From NCBI GenBank assembly GCA_030634465.1, contig DAOWAS010000002.1:1-53809 (forward strand): a stretch of DNA of 53,809 bases, in the 5' to 3' direction. The stretch is from Alphaproteobacteria bacterium (GTDB taxonomy: Bacteria > Pseudomonadota > Alphaproteobacteria > Sphingomonadales > SMXR01). The position numbers were made by a program, and so were the translations under genes. The notes below the pieces were generated by a model, which saw nothing but the letters and a program-made list of their open reading frames with translations, was not told where the DNA came from and made no database searches. Below, in pieces: positions 25,373-34,274 of the stretch (position 1 is the first letter of the stretch; each line of letters begins with the position of its first letter).

Positions 25373-25816
25373 TGTTCTGAAATTTCCTTCATTGATGTTT
25401 TGCTTGTATATTTTATTTTTTAAATACTAAACAGCGGATAGGGTTACCTACGCCACGCAATAATTTTTCAGCAGGCACTATTTTTATACTATGGAAGTGA
25501 TAGCGCCTTGTCTTACTCGATTTTTGTTGGAATACATAGGCAGGCTTGTTGTAATTACTGTAATTACGCCAGATCATTATACCAGTCGCTTGTCAATATT
25601 AAGCGCACTTGGCTGTCTGTTGGCCTGCTCACCCGTTTCTAGTTTTTTGCCCTTAAATCTTAAATGTAACTCAACTTGCCCCAACGGAAACGACCCAAAA
25701 GAGTACAGTTCCATCGATAATATGAAGGTAATATAGCACAAAAAAGACTAAAAAGGTAGCCCTTGCGGCATTTTATGTATTTTTTCTAAATAATAAGATG
25801 CAGAACAGTTTTAAGG

Positions 25817-26155
25817 CTAGTCGCCTTTTCCTGGTGCTTCAGAGAAAAATTTGGCAAATTTTCCTTCAACATCTTTAAATTCGTCCGCATCAGCAGGGCT
25901 TTCGCCTTTGGCTGTAATGTTGGGCCATTTTTCTGAATAGTCGGCGTTTAGCTCAACCCATTTTTCCAAATTGCTTTCAGTGTCAGGCAAAATAGCTTCC
26001 GCAGGGCACTCAGGCTCACACACACCACAATCAATACATTCATTGGGGTTTATAACTAACATATTTTCGCCTTCGTAGAAGCAATCTACAGGGCAAACCT
26101 CAATACAATCCATATATTTGCACTTAATGCACGCGTCTATTACTACGTAAGTCAA
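25817..26155 (-). CDS. fdxA: 7Fe ferredoxin (3Fe-4S plus 4Fe-4S)
   Basis: [51 protein letters not shown] is the FdxA cysteine pattern. Confidence 0.92.
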   Translation of the reverse strand: MTYVVIDACIKCKYMDCIEVCPVDCFYEGENMLVINPNECIDCGVCEPECPAEAILPDTESNLEKWVELNADYSEKWPNITAKGESPADADEFKDVEGKFAKFFSEAPGKGD

Positions 26156-26256
26156 GCTGGCCTCCTTTATCTGCCGTCTAGGGTATATGCGTTACCTTCT
26201 AGCTATAACCACCTTAAAGCACATAAGCTTAATTGGTTTCAAGTCCAATAGTGATT

Positions 26257-26715
26257 TTATTCTTCAATACCTAGCTTGGCAAGCACCCGCTTTCTGGCAT
26301 CGCCCCGATCTCGGTCAGACACATAGATAAGCCCGGCAATGCGGCGCAATAAATTTGTTTCATAATCGTGGGCTATACCATCGGTATAAACAACCTCCCA
26401 CAACATTTCTATTAGCTCAACTCGCTCATCTTCTGAGTAGTTATCTTTAATGGCACGGGTGAAGCGCAGCAGATGGTTGCTTTCATCTTGGTGTTTAGCC
26501 GCTTCAATTATCAGGTCATTGGCTTCATCTTTTTCCAAGCCAAAGTTATTTATAATAATATCTCTAATGGTTGCAACTTCGGCGGCATCAACATTGCCAT
26601 CCATAGCTGCGGCCTCAACCATAAGCACTGCGGCTGCCATGTTTTTGTCTAAAGGTGTTTTGTTTTTTACATTTTCAACATCGTTAAAAAAGTTCTTTAT
26701 TTTTTTTAGCATCAA
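26257..26715 (-). CDS. TerB-family (tellurite-resistance-like) protein
   Basis: 152 aa. AAAVLMVEAAAMDGNVDAAEVATIRDII...FGL...EA..LI..A and ...ERVELIEMLWEVVYTDGIAHDYETNLLRRIAGLI follow the TerB two-repeat pattern. Confidence 0.6.
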   Translation of the reverse strand: MMLKKIKNFFNDVENVKNKTPLDKNMAAAVLMVEAAAMDGNVDAAEVATIRDIIINNFGLEKDEANDLIIEAAKHQDESNHLLRFTRAIKDNYSEDERVELIEMLWEVVYTDGIAHDYETNLLRRIAGLIYVSDRDRGDARKRVLAKLGIEE

Positions 26716-26730
26716 ACTTTGTCTTTCTTG

Positions 26731-26793
26731 CCCATGCGGGCGCTTGGCTTACCCATGCGGGTGCTTGGCGCACCCATACGGGTGCTTGGGTTA
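26731..26793. repeat. 3 x 21-bp tandem repeat; each unit can form a short hairpin
   Basis: The units are CCCATGCGGGCGCTTGGCTTA / CCCATGCGGGTGCTTGGCGCA / CCCATACGGGTGCTTGGGTTA. The stems are GCCC/GGGC, ACCC/GGGT and GCACCC/GGGTGC. The last unit contains the DUF3501 stop codon. Confidence 0.85.
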
Positions 26794-27399
26794 TGTTTCT
26801 TTAAAATCTTGCCCAAGTGCATTTTTTGTATCAATTGGCATTATAGCCATATGACCATAATTGGGATGATTTATGGCAACTACAATACTTGCGTCACTAT
26901 TTTTATATTTTTTAATTTGTTCGTTAGTAAATGGAAAGTGTAAAAAATGTATGGATGATGTTTTGCCATCAGGGGCGGTGCGTTCAACATCGACCTCCCA
27001 AGTGGCTTGAATTTTCTCAATTCCATCACTGTTTTCAATAGAAATGCTTACGTATTCTTCAATACGCCCTAGTTTAGCCAGCTCTCTGGCGCGCACATCT
27101 GGGTCGGTATATTCCAACATCATGGTGGCGGTTAGCTCATTACCGTTTGGCACTAACGGCGCATATGCTGTTAGTTCATCATTAAGCTGTTCTTCGCCAC
27201 CTTTTTCAGACAGCACCATTTCCTGAACCTGATATTGCATAGTTTCAAAGTTTTCAAAATACAGCATTACCGCAGGGCCAATCGCTTGGCGTCTGTTTTT
27301 CTTCATGGCGATCATTTTTTGGCGAATGTCTTTACGCTTTGCCGCATATTCATCCATGTCCATAATATCAGCCGCTGTCAGTTGCGTTTTATTACTCAT
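26791..27399 (-). CDS. DUF3501-family protein
   Basis: 202 aa. LTAADIMDMDEYAAKRKDIRQKMIAMKKNRR...GP...YFENFETMQYQVQEM...ELTAYAPLVPNG.ELTATMM matches my recollection of DUF3501, and it sits in that family's usual rubrerythrin/Fe-S context. Confidence 0.6.
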   Translation of the reverse strand: MSNKTQLTAADIMDMDEYAAKRKDIRQKMIAMKKNRRQAIGPAVMLYFENFETMQYQVQEMVLSEKGGEEQLNDELTAYAPLVPNGNELTATMMLEYTDPDVRARELAKLGRIEEYVSISIENSDGIEKIQATWEVDVERTAPDGKTSSIHFLHFPFTNEQIKKYKNSDASIVVAINHPNYGHMAIMPIDTKNALGQDFKET

Positions 27400-27426
27400 T
27401 TTTATTCCTTATTATTTTTATTTTAT

Positions 27427-28764
27427 CTACAGGCCGTAAGATATTGCCAGCAGTTCAATAGGGTGTTGGGCATCTTTGGTTTGGCTGGTATCTGTGTCCA
27501 GTTTCTCCACCCCTTGTAAAATATGCTCTCTGGCTAACGGACATTCAGATACAATATATGGCGTCATGTCTTTTGCCATTTTGCGTGCCACAGGCTTGCC
27601 CACTTTAATGGCGGTTTCGAAATTATCTTTCATCACCCCCCACGAGCCACCATGACCAGAGCAACGCTCTATTACAGCCACCTCGGTTTCGGGAATAAGC
27701 TTGAGCATTTCAGCACCCTTTTGCCCCATGTTCTGGGCGCGGGCGTGGCATGACATGTGTATGGTCACACCGCCATCAAGCGGGCTTAGGCCATCAGCAA
27801 TGCCATCTTTCAGCGCTATGTCCATGACATATTCGTCAATATCAAATGTGGCTTTTGACAGGGTAATAACATCTTCGTTTTCAGGCACAATAAGCGGCCA
27901 TTCAAACTTCAGCATCAGGCTGCATGACGAGACTAGTGAAATCACATCATAACCTTTTTCAATCCACGGCTTTAGCTCAGCCGCTACTTTTTCAGCATTT
28001 TCTGCCACACGGGCTAAGTCGCCGTGTTCCATTTGCGGCATGCCGCAACATGCGGGGTAAACTATTTCGGTTTCAACACCGTTTTGTGCCAGCACCGCGC
28101 GCGATGCCACACCAATGTCAGCATTGTTAAATTCTGAAAAACAAGTGGCGTAAATAACAGCCTTGCGACCATATGCAGGGGCGTTTTTGTTAACTTCTAT
28201 TTTTGTTGCCGCCAGTTGTTCGCGCAGGGTTTTCTTTTCAAATTTTGGCAAATAAGCATCTTTATGAATGCCAAGTGTTTTTTCCATTATGGGGCGGGTC
28301 AGTTTATTATCTGTTTTACTAGCCCAGTTTGTTACACCTGAAAATCCACAACCAATTTTACCATTTCTGTCGGTTTCGGTTAGCTGTTTTTCAACAAATT
28401 TTGTTTTGCCTTCGGCGTTTTGCACTGCTCTTGCCCGCAGCATTAAATGTGGAAAGTCTAAATCAAATTCATGGGGTGGCACATATGGGCATTTAACCAT
28501 AAAGCACATGTCGCAAAGGGTGCAGTCATCAATAACAGGTTTAAAATCTTTGCTGTCTACGCTGTCTAGCTCCATGGTTTCGCTATCGTCAATAAGGTCA
28601 AACAGCTTGGGAAAGCTATCGCACAGGTTAAAGCAACGTCTGCAACCATGACAAATATCAAACACGCGTCTAAGTTCAGCATCCAACAGTTCTGGATTTA
28701 AAAAGTCAGCATCCCGCCAAGGGATATTGTGACGTATTGGAGCACCTAAACCACCTTCACTCAT
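27427..28764 (-). CDS. Heterodisulfide-reductase-related (HdrD/GlpC-like) Fe-S protein with CCG domains
   Basis: Ferredoxin-type clusters CHGCRRCFNLC and CTLCDMCFMVKCP. Two Cys-rich CCG-like regions (ATCF...PACCGMP and SCHARAQ...ERCSGHGG...ECPLA). Start placed at ATG 28764 (AAGGAA 7 nt upstream). The longer ORF from 28821 would run through a 10-bp hairpin. Confidence 0.75.
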   Translation of the reverse strand: MSEGGLGAPIRHNIPWRDADFLNPELLDAELRRVFDICHGCRRCFNLCDSFPKLFDLIDDSETMELDSVDSKDFKPVIDDCTLCDMCFMVKCPYVPPHEFDLDFPHLMLRARAVQNAEGKTKFVEKQLTETDRNGKIGCGFSGVTNWASKTDNKLTRPIMEKTLGIHKDAYLPKFEKKTLREQLAATKIEVNKNAPAYGRKAVIYATCFSEFNNADIGVASRAVLAQNGVETEIVYPACCGMPQMEHGDLARVAENAEKVAAELKPWIEKGYDVISLVSSCSLMLKFEWPLIVPENEDVITLSKATFDIDEYVMDIALKDGIADGLSPLDGGVTIHMSCHARAQNMGQKGAEMLKLIPETEVAVIERCSGHGGSWGVMKDNFETAIKVGKPVARKMAKDMTPYIVSECPLAREHILQGVEKLDTDTSQTKDAQHPIELLAISYGL

Positions 28765-28791
28765 GACTGTTTCCTTTTTAAGTTTCAGTAA

Positions 28792-28814
28792 GAGGGGAGG
28801 ATAATCCTCCCCTC
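28792..28814 (-). other. Intercistronic perfect hairpin between rubrerythrin and the Fe-S gene
   Basis: GAGGGGAGGA-TAA-TCCTCCCCTC is a 10-bp perfect inverted repeat. It begins 17 nt after the rubrerythrin stop, and no long U-tract follows. Confidence 0.7.
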
Positions 28815-28830
28815 GCACCATTTAAGTTTA

Positions 28831-29253
28831 TTATCCGTCTAGGTTGTCTAAAGCTTTTTGGAAACGACCAGCGTGTGAACGCTCGGCTTTACCTAAAGTT
28901 TCAAACCAATCGGCAATTTCGTCAAAACCCTCTTCACGAGCAGTTTTAGCCATGCCTGGATACATGTCGGTATATTCGTGTGTTTCGCCTTCAATTGAAG
29001 CTTTAAGGTTAGCTTCTGTGCCGCCAATAGGCAGGCCAGTTGCAGGGTCGCCAGTTTCTTCTAGATATTCTAGATGGCCGTGGGCATGACCTGTTTCGCC
29101 TTCTGCAGTTGAACGGAAAACAGTTGCTACATCGTTGTAACCTTCAATGTCTGCTTTTTGGGCAAAATAAAGATAACGACGGTTAGCTTGTGATTCGCCA
29201 GCAAAAGCGGCTTTTAAGTTTTCTTCAGTTTGTGAACCTTTTAGATCGCTCAT
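28831..29253 (-). CDS. Rubrerythrin-family diiron protein
   Basis: [26 protein letters not shown]...[12 protein letters not shown]...[12 protein letters not shown]...ERSHAGRF gives the ExxH diiron ligands. Start placed at ATG 29253 (AAGGAG 10 nt upstream); an alternative is 29262. Confidence 0.85.
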   Translation of the reverse strand: MSDLKGSQTEENLKAAFAGESQANRRYLYFAQKADIEGYNDVATVFRSTAEGETGHAHGHLEYLEETGDPATGLPIGGTEANLKASIEGETHEYTDMYPGMAKTAREEGFDEIADWFETLGKAERSHAGRFQKALDNLDG

Positions 29254-29322
29254 AGTATGCATACTCCTTGTTTGCTTGTTAGATTCGGTATTGAAAATAT
29301 TCCCTTTGCATATATTTGTCCA

Positions 29323-29359
29323 ATAGGTTAATTATTTAAAATAAATAGATTGGCTCTAT
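29323..29359. promoter_or_regulatory. Candidate OxyR operator
   Basis: ATAG-N7-ATTT-N7-ATAG-N7-CTAT compared with the OxyR tetranucleotide pattern ATAG-N7-CTAT-N7-ATAG-N7-CTAT. It ends 1 nt before the oxyR ATG, in the rbr/oxyR divergent region. Confidence 0.55.
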
Positions 29360-29360
29360 T

Positions 29361-30260
29361 ATGCATTTACCAACCCTAAGGCAATTACGCTACCTTGTTA
29401 CCCTTACCGAAACCCGCCATTTTGGTCATGCGGCCAAGCTGTGTTTGGTTACGCAGCCCACCCTTAGTTCTGGCATTCAAGAGCTAGAAGCGCTGTTGGG
29501 GGTAAAACTGTTTGAACGTAACAAACGCACGGTTATTCCCACCGTTATTGGCTTGGAAATGACTGAGCGGGCGCAAATAGTATTGCAACAGGTGGAAGAC
29601 ATTGTTGATCTTAGCCACAAGGGAAGCGAGCCATTGTCGGGATCATTACGTTTAGGTGCCATTCCCACCATTGGCCCGTTTTTGTTGCCTAGGGTGTTGC
29701 CGCAACTGCGGGAAAAATATCCAAATTTGAAATTATATTTGCGTGAAGACCAGACCGATAGGTTGTTAGAGCAGTTGTCAGCAGGCACGTTGGATGTGCT
29801 TATTCTTGCCCTGCCATATGAACTAGATGGGGCAAGATCAATTATTGTGGGTGACGACCCATTTTATGTGGCTTTGCCCAAAGGTCATGCTCTTGCTAAT
29901 CGCAAGGTGTTGCGCCATGAGGACATTCCTGAAAAAGAAATATTATTGTTAGAAGAGGGGCATTGCCTGCGTGAACATGCCTTAGCCGCTTGCGCGTTGC
30001 AGGATAGGAAGGGGCAGGACGATGTAAAAGGCACCAGCCTTTATACATTGGTGCAAATGGTTGCCAGTGGCCTTGGCATTACCTTTGTTCCTGAAATGGC
30101 AATACATTCTGATATTTTAAAATCAGCAGACGTGGTAACAGTGCCGCTTGAGGCAAATGCCGTTCCCCGCCAAATTGGGCTTGTGTGGCGACGTACCTCA
30201 GCCAGAGATAGCGAGTTCCGCTTATTGGCGGATCTTGTGAAATCAATTTGGCAGAAATAA
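29361..30260 (+). CDS. oxyR: LysR-family peroxide sensor OxyR
   Basis: The HTH region is LRQLRYLVTLTETRHFGHAAKLCLVTQPTLSSGIQELE. The redox Cys pair is in LLLEEGHCLREHALAACAL. It is divergent from rubrerythrin. Confidence 0.85.
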   Translation: MHLPTLRQLRYLVTLTETRHFGHAAKLCLVTQPTLSSGIQELEALLGVKLFERNKRTVIPTVIGLEMTERAQIVLQQVEDIVDLSHKGSEPLSGSLRLGAIPTIGPFLLPRVLPQLREKYPNLKLYLREDQTDRLLEQLSAGTLDVLILALPYELDGARSIIVGDDPFYVALPKGHALANRKVLRHEDIPEKEILLLEEGHCLREHALAACALQDRKGQDDVKGTSLYTLVQMVASGLGITFVPEMAIHSDILKSADVVTVPLEANAVPRQIGLVWRRTSARDSEFRLLADLVKSIWQK

Positions 30261-30276
30261 GCGGCGATACTTAGCT

Positions 30277-30666
30277 TCATTTAAGCCCATGACGTAGTTT
30301 TTCCCATGCGCGGCGTTCAGCCTTTGTGGGGCGACCCGTGCCTTTTTCTCGCAACATGGGTGAGTTGTGTAACCTCTCTTCTTTTGTCGGTGGCGGCGGG
30401 CTTTGGTCTTCATACAGGCTTTGTGCCTCAACCGCTGGGCCGCGCCTGATGCCCAAGGCTTCAATTTTTATAATTTTTTCTAATTTTTCTTTGCTGAATG
30501 TCAGCACCATGCCCTTTGAAACTGGGGTTTTGGCCTTGCTCACAACCTCGCCATCAATACGTATTTTCTTTGCTTGGCAAAACTTGCTGGCGGCACCGCG
30601 GGTTTTAAAAATGCGGGCATACCACAGCCACTGGTCAAGGCGGCGGCTGTTTTGTTCCTCCGCCAT
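30277..30666 (-). CDS. hslR: S4-domain RNA-binding protein, Hsp15-like
   Basis: RLDQWLWYARIFKTRGAASKFCQAKKIRIDGEVV plus a basic C-terminal tail, as in E. coli HslR. Confidence 0.7.
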   Translation of the reverse strand: MAEEQNSRRLDQWLWYARIFKTRGAASKFCQAKKIRIDGEVVSKAKTPVSKGMVLTFSKEKLEKIIKIEALGIRRGPAVEAQSLYEDQSPPPPTKEERLHNSPMLREKGTGRPTKAERRAWEKLRHGLK

Positions 30667-30674
30667 CAGGGTGG

Positions 30675-31781
30675 TTAACCTTTTTTGCTTTTCTTCATGC
30701 TGTTTTTAAGCACAGTAAGTGCGGCAAATGGCGAGTTTGGATCCATGACAAACTCTTTTTTAGGTGCCAGTTTTTTACCGTGTGGTTTTTTGTTTTGCGG
30801 TTTGGCTTTTTTGACTTGTGGTTTAGGTGTGGCTGGTTTTTTTGCACCCTGCCAAGCAAAGGTGTAAAATTCAGCTTCCTCTTTGCCCTCTTCTTGTTTT
30901 TTGTGCTTGCGGCTTTGGTATCCAATGGCGTTCATTACCTTGGCAAAGTCATCACCTGACAGGCCAACTAAGCCCATGGTTTCTGGCGACACTTCAAAGC
31001 TAGCCCCTTTAAGACCAAGCGGGCGCACCGCATCAGCCAAACGCTCAACCATATCAACCCGCACTGCTTTGTTGCCCGCAGGGCTATAGCCTGACAGACG
31101 GTAAAACTCAGGCAAGGTGCCTTTTTCCATATCAACCCACACCATGCCCGGTGTTGGTGGTGTTGGCAGGGTTTTAATTTTTTTGTTCAGCGCCCAAAGC
31201 ATAAGCCGCAACTGGGTGGGGGCAGGCTTTAAAATATATGGGATGAAAATGCTTGATGCGCCAATTTTAATTTTAAAGCGCCACAAACCTTTCCTGTCTT
31301 CGGTACTTACAGCTTTAAGTTTATCTTCCACCAAGGCGCGGTCCATAATGCCAAGGTTGTCTAACAAGCTAGATGCAATGTCCTTGATAGCACCAGTTAG
31401 TGGGGCGGCATCATTTTCAGGCGCGGCGCTGTTGTTTATTTCGCCATCCATAAGAACAAGTGATTTGAGGTTGCCCGCAATATAATCATCCAGCCATTTT
31501 TGCGCATGTACTATGGCGTTTGTGGCATCGTCACCTGTTAGCTTGCTTGTCTTTGCTAGGCTGGCTTTTGGGCTTAGTGCGGTGTTGCCACGCTCAATAG
31601 TTGCAAGGTCTTCGCCCTTCCACTGCAAGTTTGCACCGCTAAGGTCATCGTTAAACTTTAAGGTAATATCGGCTGATGTACCCTTGTCGCCCGCAATTTC
31701 AAAAGTTACCACTTCTTCTGTTACTTTTTTTTGCACTTCTGCTGTGGTTTCTGTAGCGGGCTGTTCTTCTTTACTAGTCAC
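30675..31781 (-). CDS. Hypothetical protein with Lys-rich C-terminal tail; no enzymatic motif recognised
   Basis: 368 aa with an 8-nt gap to hslR. The tail is KKPATPKPQVKKAKPQNKKPHGKKLAPKK...DPNSPFAALTVLK. It resembles, from memory, the C-terminal region of alphaproteobacterial SUV3-like helicases, but it has no Walker motifs. Confidence 0.6.
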   Translation of the reverse strand: MTSKEEQPATETTAEVQKKVTEEVVTFEIAGDKGTSADITLKFNDDLSGANLQWKGEDLATIERGNTALSPKASLAKTSKLTGDDATNAIVHAQKWLDDYIAGNLKSLVLMDGEINNSAAPENDAAPLTGAIKDIASSLLDNLGIMDRALVEDKLKAVSTEDRKGLWRFKIKIGASSIFIPYILKPAPTQLRLMLWALNKKIKTLPTPPTPGMVWVDMEKGTLPEFYRLSGYSPAGNKAVRVDMVERLADAVRPLGLKGASFEVSPETMGLVGLSGDDFAKVMNAIGYQSRKHKKQEEGKEEAEFYTFAWQGAKKPATPKPQVKKAKPQNKKPHGKKLAPKKEFVMDPNSPFAALTVLKNSMKKSKKG

Positions 31782-32036
31782 GTATAAATCACCTTGTTGT
31801 TTATCAAACGCATTAGAGACAGTGTTTTCCTTCTCTATAAGCGCTGTGTCAAGCTTTGCTGTATGTTATTGGTGTTTTTTTATATGAAAATAATATGCTT
31901 AGTTGCTTAAAAACATGTGGTTGTTTTGTGAAAAAATATTAAAAGAGATAAGAATTGAATCAATCACTTGACGAGGTTCGTTCACTAACGTATATCCTCG
32001 CGCTGAATAAGACTTAAGAAATATAAGGAATAGATC

Positions 32037-32324
32037 ATGTCACGCGTGTGCGAATTAACAGGTAAATCGGTAATGACTGGCAACAACGTTAGCCATGCTA
32101 ACAACAGAACTAGACGCCGCTTTTTGCCAAATTTGACCAAAGCAACTTTGATGAGTGAAATTCTTGGCCGTTCAGAGAAGTTTCGCCTTTCAACCAGTGC
32201 ATTGCGCTCTGTTGAACATAATGGCGGTTTGGACAATTTCCTAATCAAGTCAAAAGACGATGCGTTATCTGGCAAAGCTGCTAAGATTAAACGTGAAATT
32301 TTAAAGAAAAAAGAAGCTGCTTAA
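32037..32324 (+). CDS. rpmB: 50S ribosomal protein L28
   Basis: [33 protein letters not shown]. Confidence 0.93.
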   Translation: MSRVCELTGKSVMTGNNVSHANNRTRRRFLPNLTKATLMSEILGRSEKFRLSTSALRSVEHNGGLDNFLIKSKDDALSGKAAKIKREILKKKEAA

Positions 32325-32351
32325 TAGCTCTGGTTTCTGAAGACATTAAAT

Positions 32352-32382
32352 CGCTGCTCATAATTTGGGCGGCGTTTTTTTT
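32352..32382 (+). terminator. Putative rho-independent terminator of rpmB
   Basis: CGCTGC ... GCGGCG stem (one G-T pair, 11-nt loop) followed by TTTTTTTT. The T-run overlaps the convergent cobT stop. Confidence 0.5.
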
Positions 32383-34246
32383 ATGCGGTTTTCTTAAAGT
32401 TTGCCTTGCGGGTAACAAGGGCGTGTTCTTTTTCATCAAACAGGCCAGCCAACTGGTCAACCATGGCACCACCTAGCTCTTCAGCGTCCACTATGGTTAC
32501 AGCGCGGCTGTAATAGCGGGTAACATCATGCCCAATGCCAATGGCAATAAGCTGTACTGGTGAGCGTGTCTCTATCCAGTTAATAACTTGGCGCAGGTGT
32601 TGTTCCAAATAGTTGCTGTTATTAACCGACAAGGTGCTGTCGTCCACAGGTGCGCCATCAGATATTACCATTAAAATACGGCGTTCTTCGTGGCGGGCAA
32701 GCAACCTGTCGTGCGCCCATATTAGCGATTCGCCATCAACATTTTCTTTCAACAAACCTTCACGCATCATCAAGCCAAGGTTTTTTCTAGCACGGCGCCA
32801 CGGCTCGTCAGCAGTTTTGTAAATAATGTGTCTAAGGTCGTTTAAACGCCCCGGCATTTTTGGCTTGCCTGCGGAAAGCCACTTCTCTCTGGACGAGCCA
32901 CCCTTCCACGCTTTGGTGGTGAAGCCTAATATCTCAACCTTAACCCCGCAACGCTCCAATGTCCGTGCTAAAACATCGGCAGAAATAGCGGCAATTGAAA
33001 TTGGTCGCCCTCGCATTGAGCCTGAATTGTCGATTAAAAGTGTTACCACCGTATCGCGGAACTCAATGTCATGCTCCATTTTAAACGATAATGGTTGCGA
33101 TGGGTTGGTAACAACACGGGTTAGCTTTGCTTGGTCTAAAAGCCCTTCTTCCAGATCAAATTCCCAAGAGCGGTTTTGCTGTGCCATTAACTTGCGTTGT
33201 AATCGATTAGCCAGTTTGGTAACCGTTGATTGCAGGTGAACAAGCTGTTGGTCCAGCTGTTGGCGAAGTCTTGTTAACTCGGCCTCGTCACAAAGAATTT
33301 CCGCACTAACAACCTCATCAAATTCCTGAGTAAAAATTTTGTAAAAAGCGGTGTTGTTATATTCTGATAGCGGGTGGTTTGGTCGCCACGGCACGGCATT
33401 TTCTTGCGGGGCTTCGTTAACAGGCAGGTCGTCAGCATCGGCTAGGTCAACATCAACCGATTGCTCACCCTCTAAAAACTGTTGGTTTTCACCATCTTCA
33501 TCTTCTTCTTGGGTTTCCCCATCTTGGTCACTTTCGCTACCACCTTCGCCTTCACTATCTTCTTCGTCTGCGTCTTCACCCGCGTTGTCGTCATTGCTTT
33601 TCTGGTCTTCCATCTCAGACAGGTTTTGAATTATGTCCAAATCCAGTAAAATTTCCTGAGTAATTTTCTGGTAAGCGGCTTGGTCTTCAATGCTATTTGC
33701 TAGGCGGTCTAAGTTTGCCCCAGCCATTTGCTCAATGCCCGCTTTCAGCAAACCAACTGCGGTCATGGCATCAGCAGGCGGGGTTTCGCCCGTTAGGCGT
33801 TCCCGCACAATTAGCGATAAAACCGAGGCAAACGATACGTCCTCGGTTGTGGTTTGCCCAAACAAGCCTGCATCCTGACAACGTTGCTTGACCACGTCTT
33901 TCAAGTTTTTAGCCACGCCGGGCATTTGCTTGGTACCTAGCCCTTCACAGCGAACTTGCTCTAAATGGTCAAAAATTTCACTAGCATTTTTACCTTTGGG
34001 CGAGCCCGCAATGTGGGTGTCTTGGTTGTGAAAGCGAATTTTAAGTGCCTCGGCATCAGCCAACCCACGTAACTTATTTATTTCTCTGGTTGAAATCTCT
34101 GCTGATGGCTCAGGCAAGCGAAAGTCAGACGAGGGTTCGTTGGCGGTGGTCATGCCAAAGCCCACTTCCATCTCACGATCCTCAGCAATGGCACGAGTGG
34201 TTGCCACCAAGGCGCGTTTAAAAATTTCTGTACGTTCGCTACTCAC
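32381..34246 (-). CDS. cobT: CobT-like vWA-domain protein (cobaltochelatase subunit CobT homologue)
   Basis: 621 aa. There is a central acidic tract ([35 protein letters not shown]). The C-terminal vWA has [14 protein letters not shown] (MIDAS DxSxS). Confidence 0.8.
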   Translation of the reverse strand: MSSERTEIFKRALVATTRAIAEDREMEVGFGMTTANEPSSDFRLPEPSAEISTREINKLRGLADAEALKIRFHNQDTHIAGSPKGKNASEIFDHLEQVRCEGLGTKQMPGVAKNLKDVVKQRCQDAGLFGQTTTEDVSFASVLSLIVRERLTGETPPADAMTAVGLLKAGIEQMAGANLDRLANSIEDQAAYQKITQEILLDLDIIQNLSEMEDQKSNDDNAGEDADEEDSEGEGGSESDQDGETQEEDEDGENQQFLEGEQSVDVDLADADDLPVNEAPQENAVPWRPNHPLSEYNNTAFYKIFTQEFDEVVSAEILCDEAELTRLRQQLDQQLVHLQSTVTKLANRLQRKLMAQQNRSWEFDLEEGLLDQAKLTRVVTNPSQPLSFKMEHDIEFRDTVVTLLIDNSGSMRGRPISIAAISADVLARTLERCGVKVEILGFTTKAWKGGSSREKWLSAGKPKMPGRLNDLRHIIYKTADEPWRRARKNLGLMMREGLLKENVDGESLIWAHDRLLARHEERRILMVISDGAPVDDSTLSVNNSNYLEQHLRQVINWIETRSPVQLIAIGIGHDVTRYYSRAVTIVDAEELGGAMVDQLAGLFDEKEHALVTRKANFKKTA

Positions 34247-34274
34247 AGCGTTTTCGCCTTTTTTGCTGTTGTTA

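Noticed and set aside
25491-25736. An 81-aa plus-strand ORF in the fdxA-carD gap.
   Set aside because: No ribosome-binding site, Cys/Leu-rich odd composition, and opposite orientation to both neighbours. It is treated as non-coding.
26450-26943. Plus-strand ORFs 26450-26854 and 26719-26943 crossing the 21-bp repeats (peptide repeats such as PCGRLAYPCGCLAHPYGCLGY).
   Set aside because: They are antisense to the terB-like and DUF3501 genes. The peptide repeat is simply the 21-bp DNA repeat translated.
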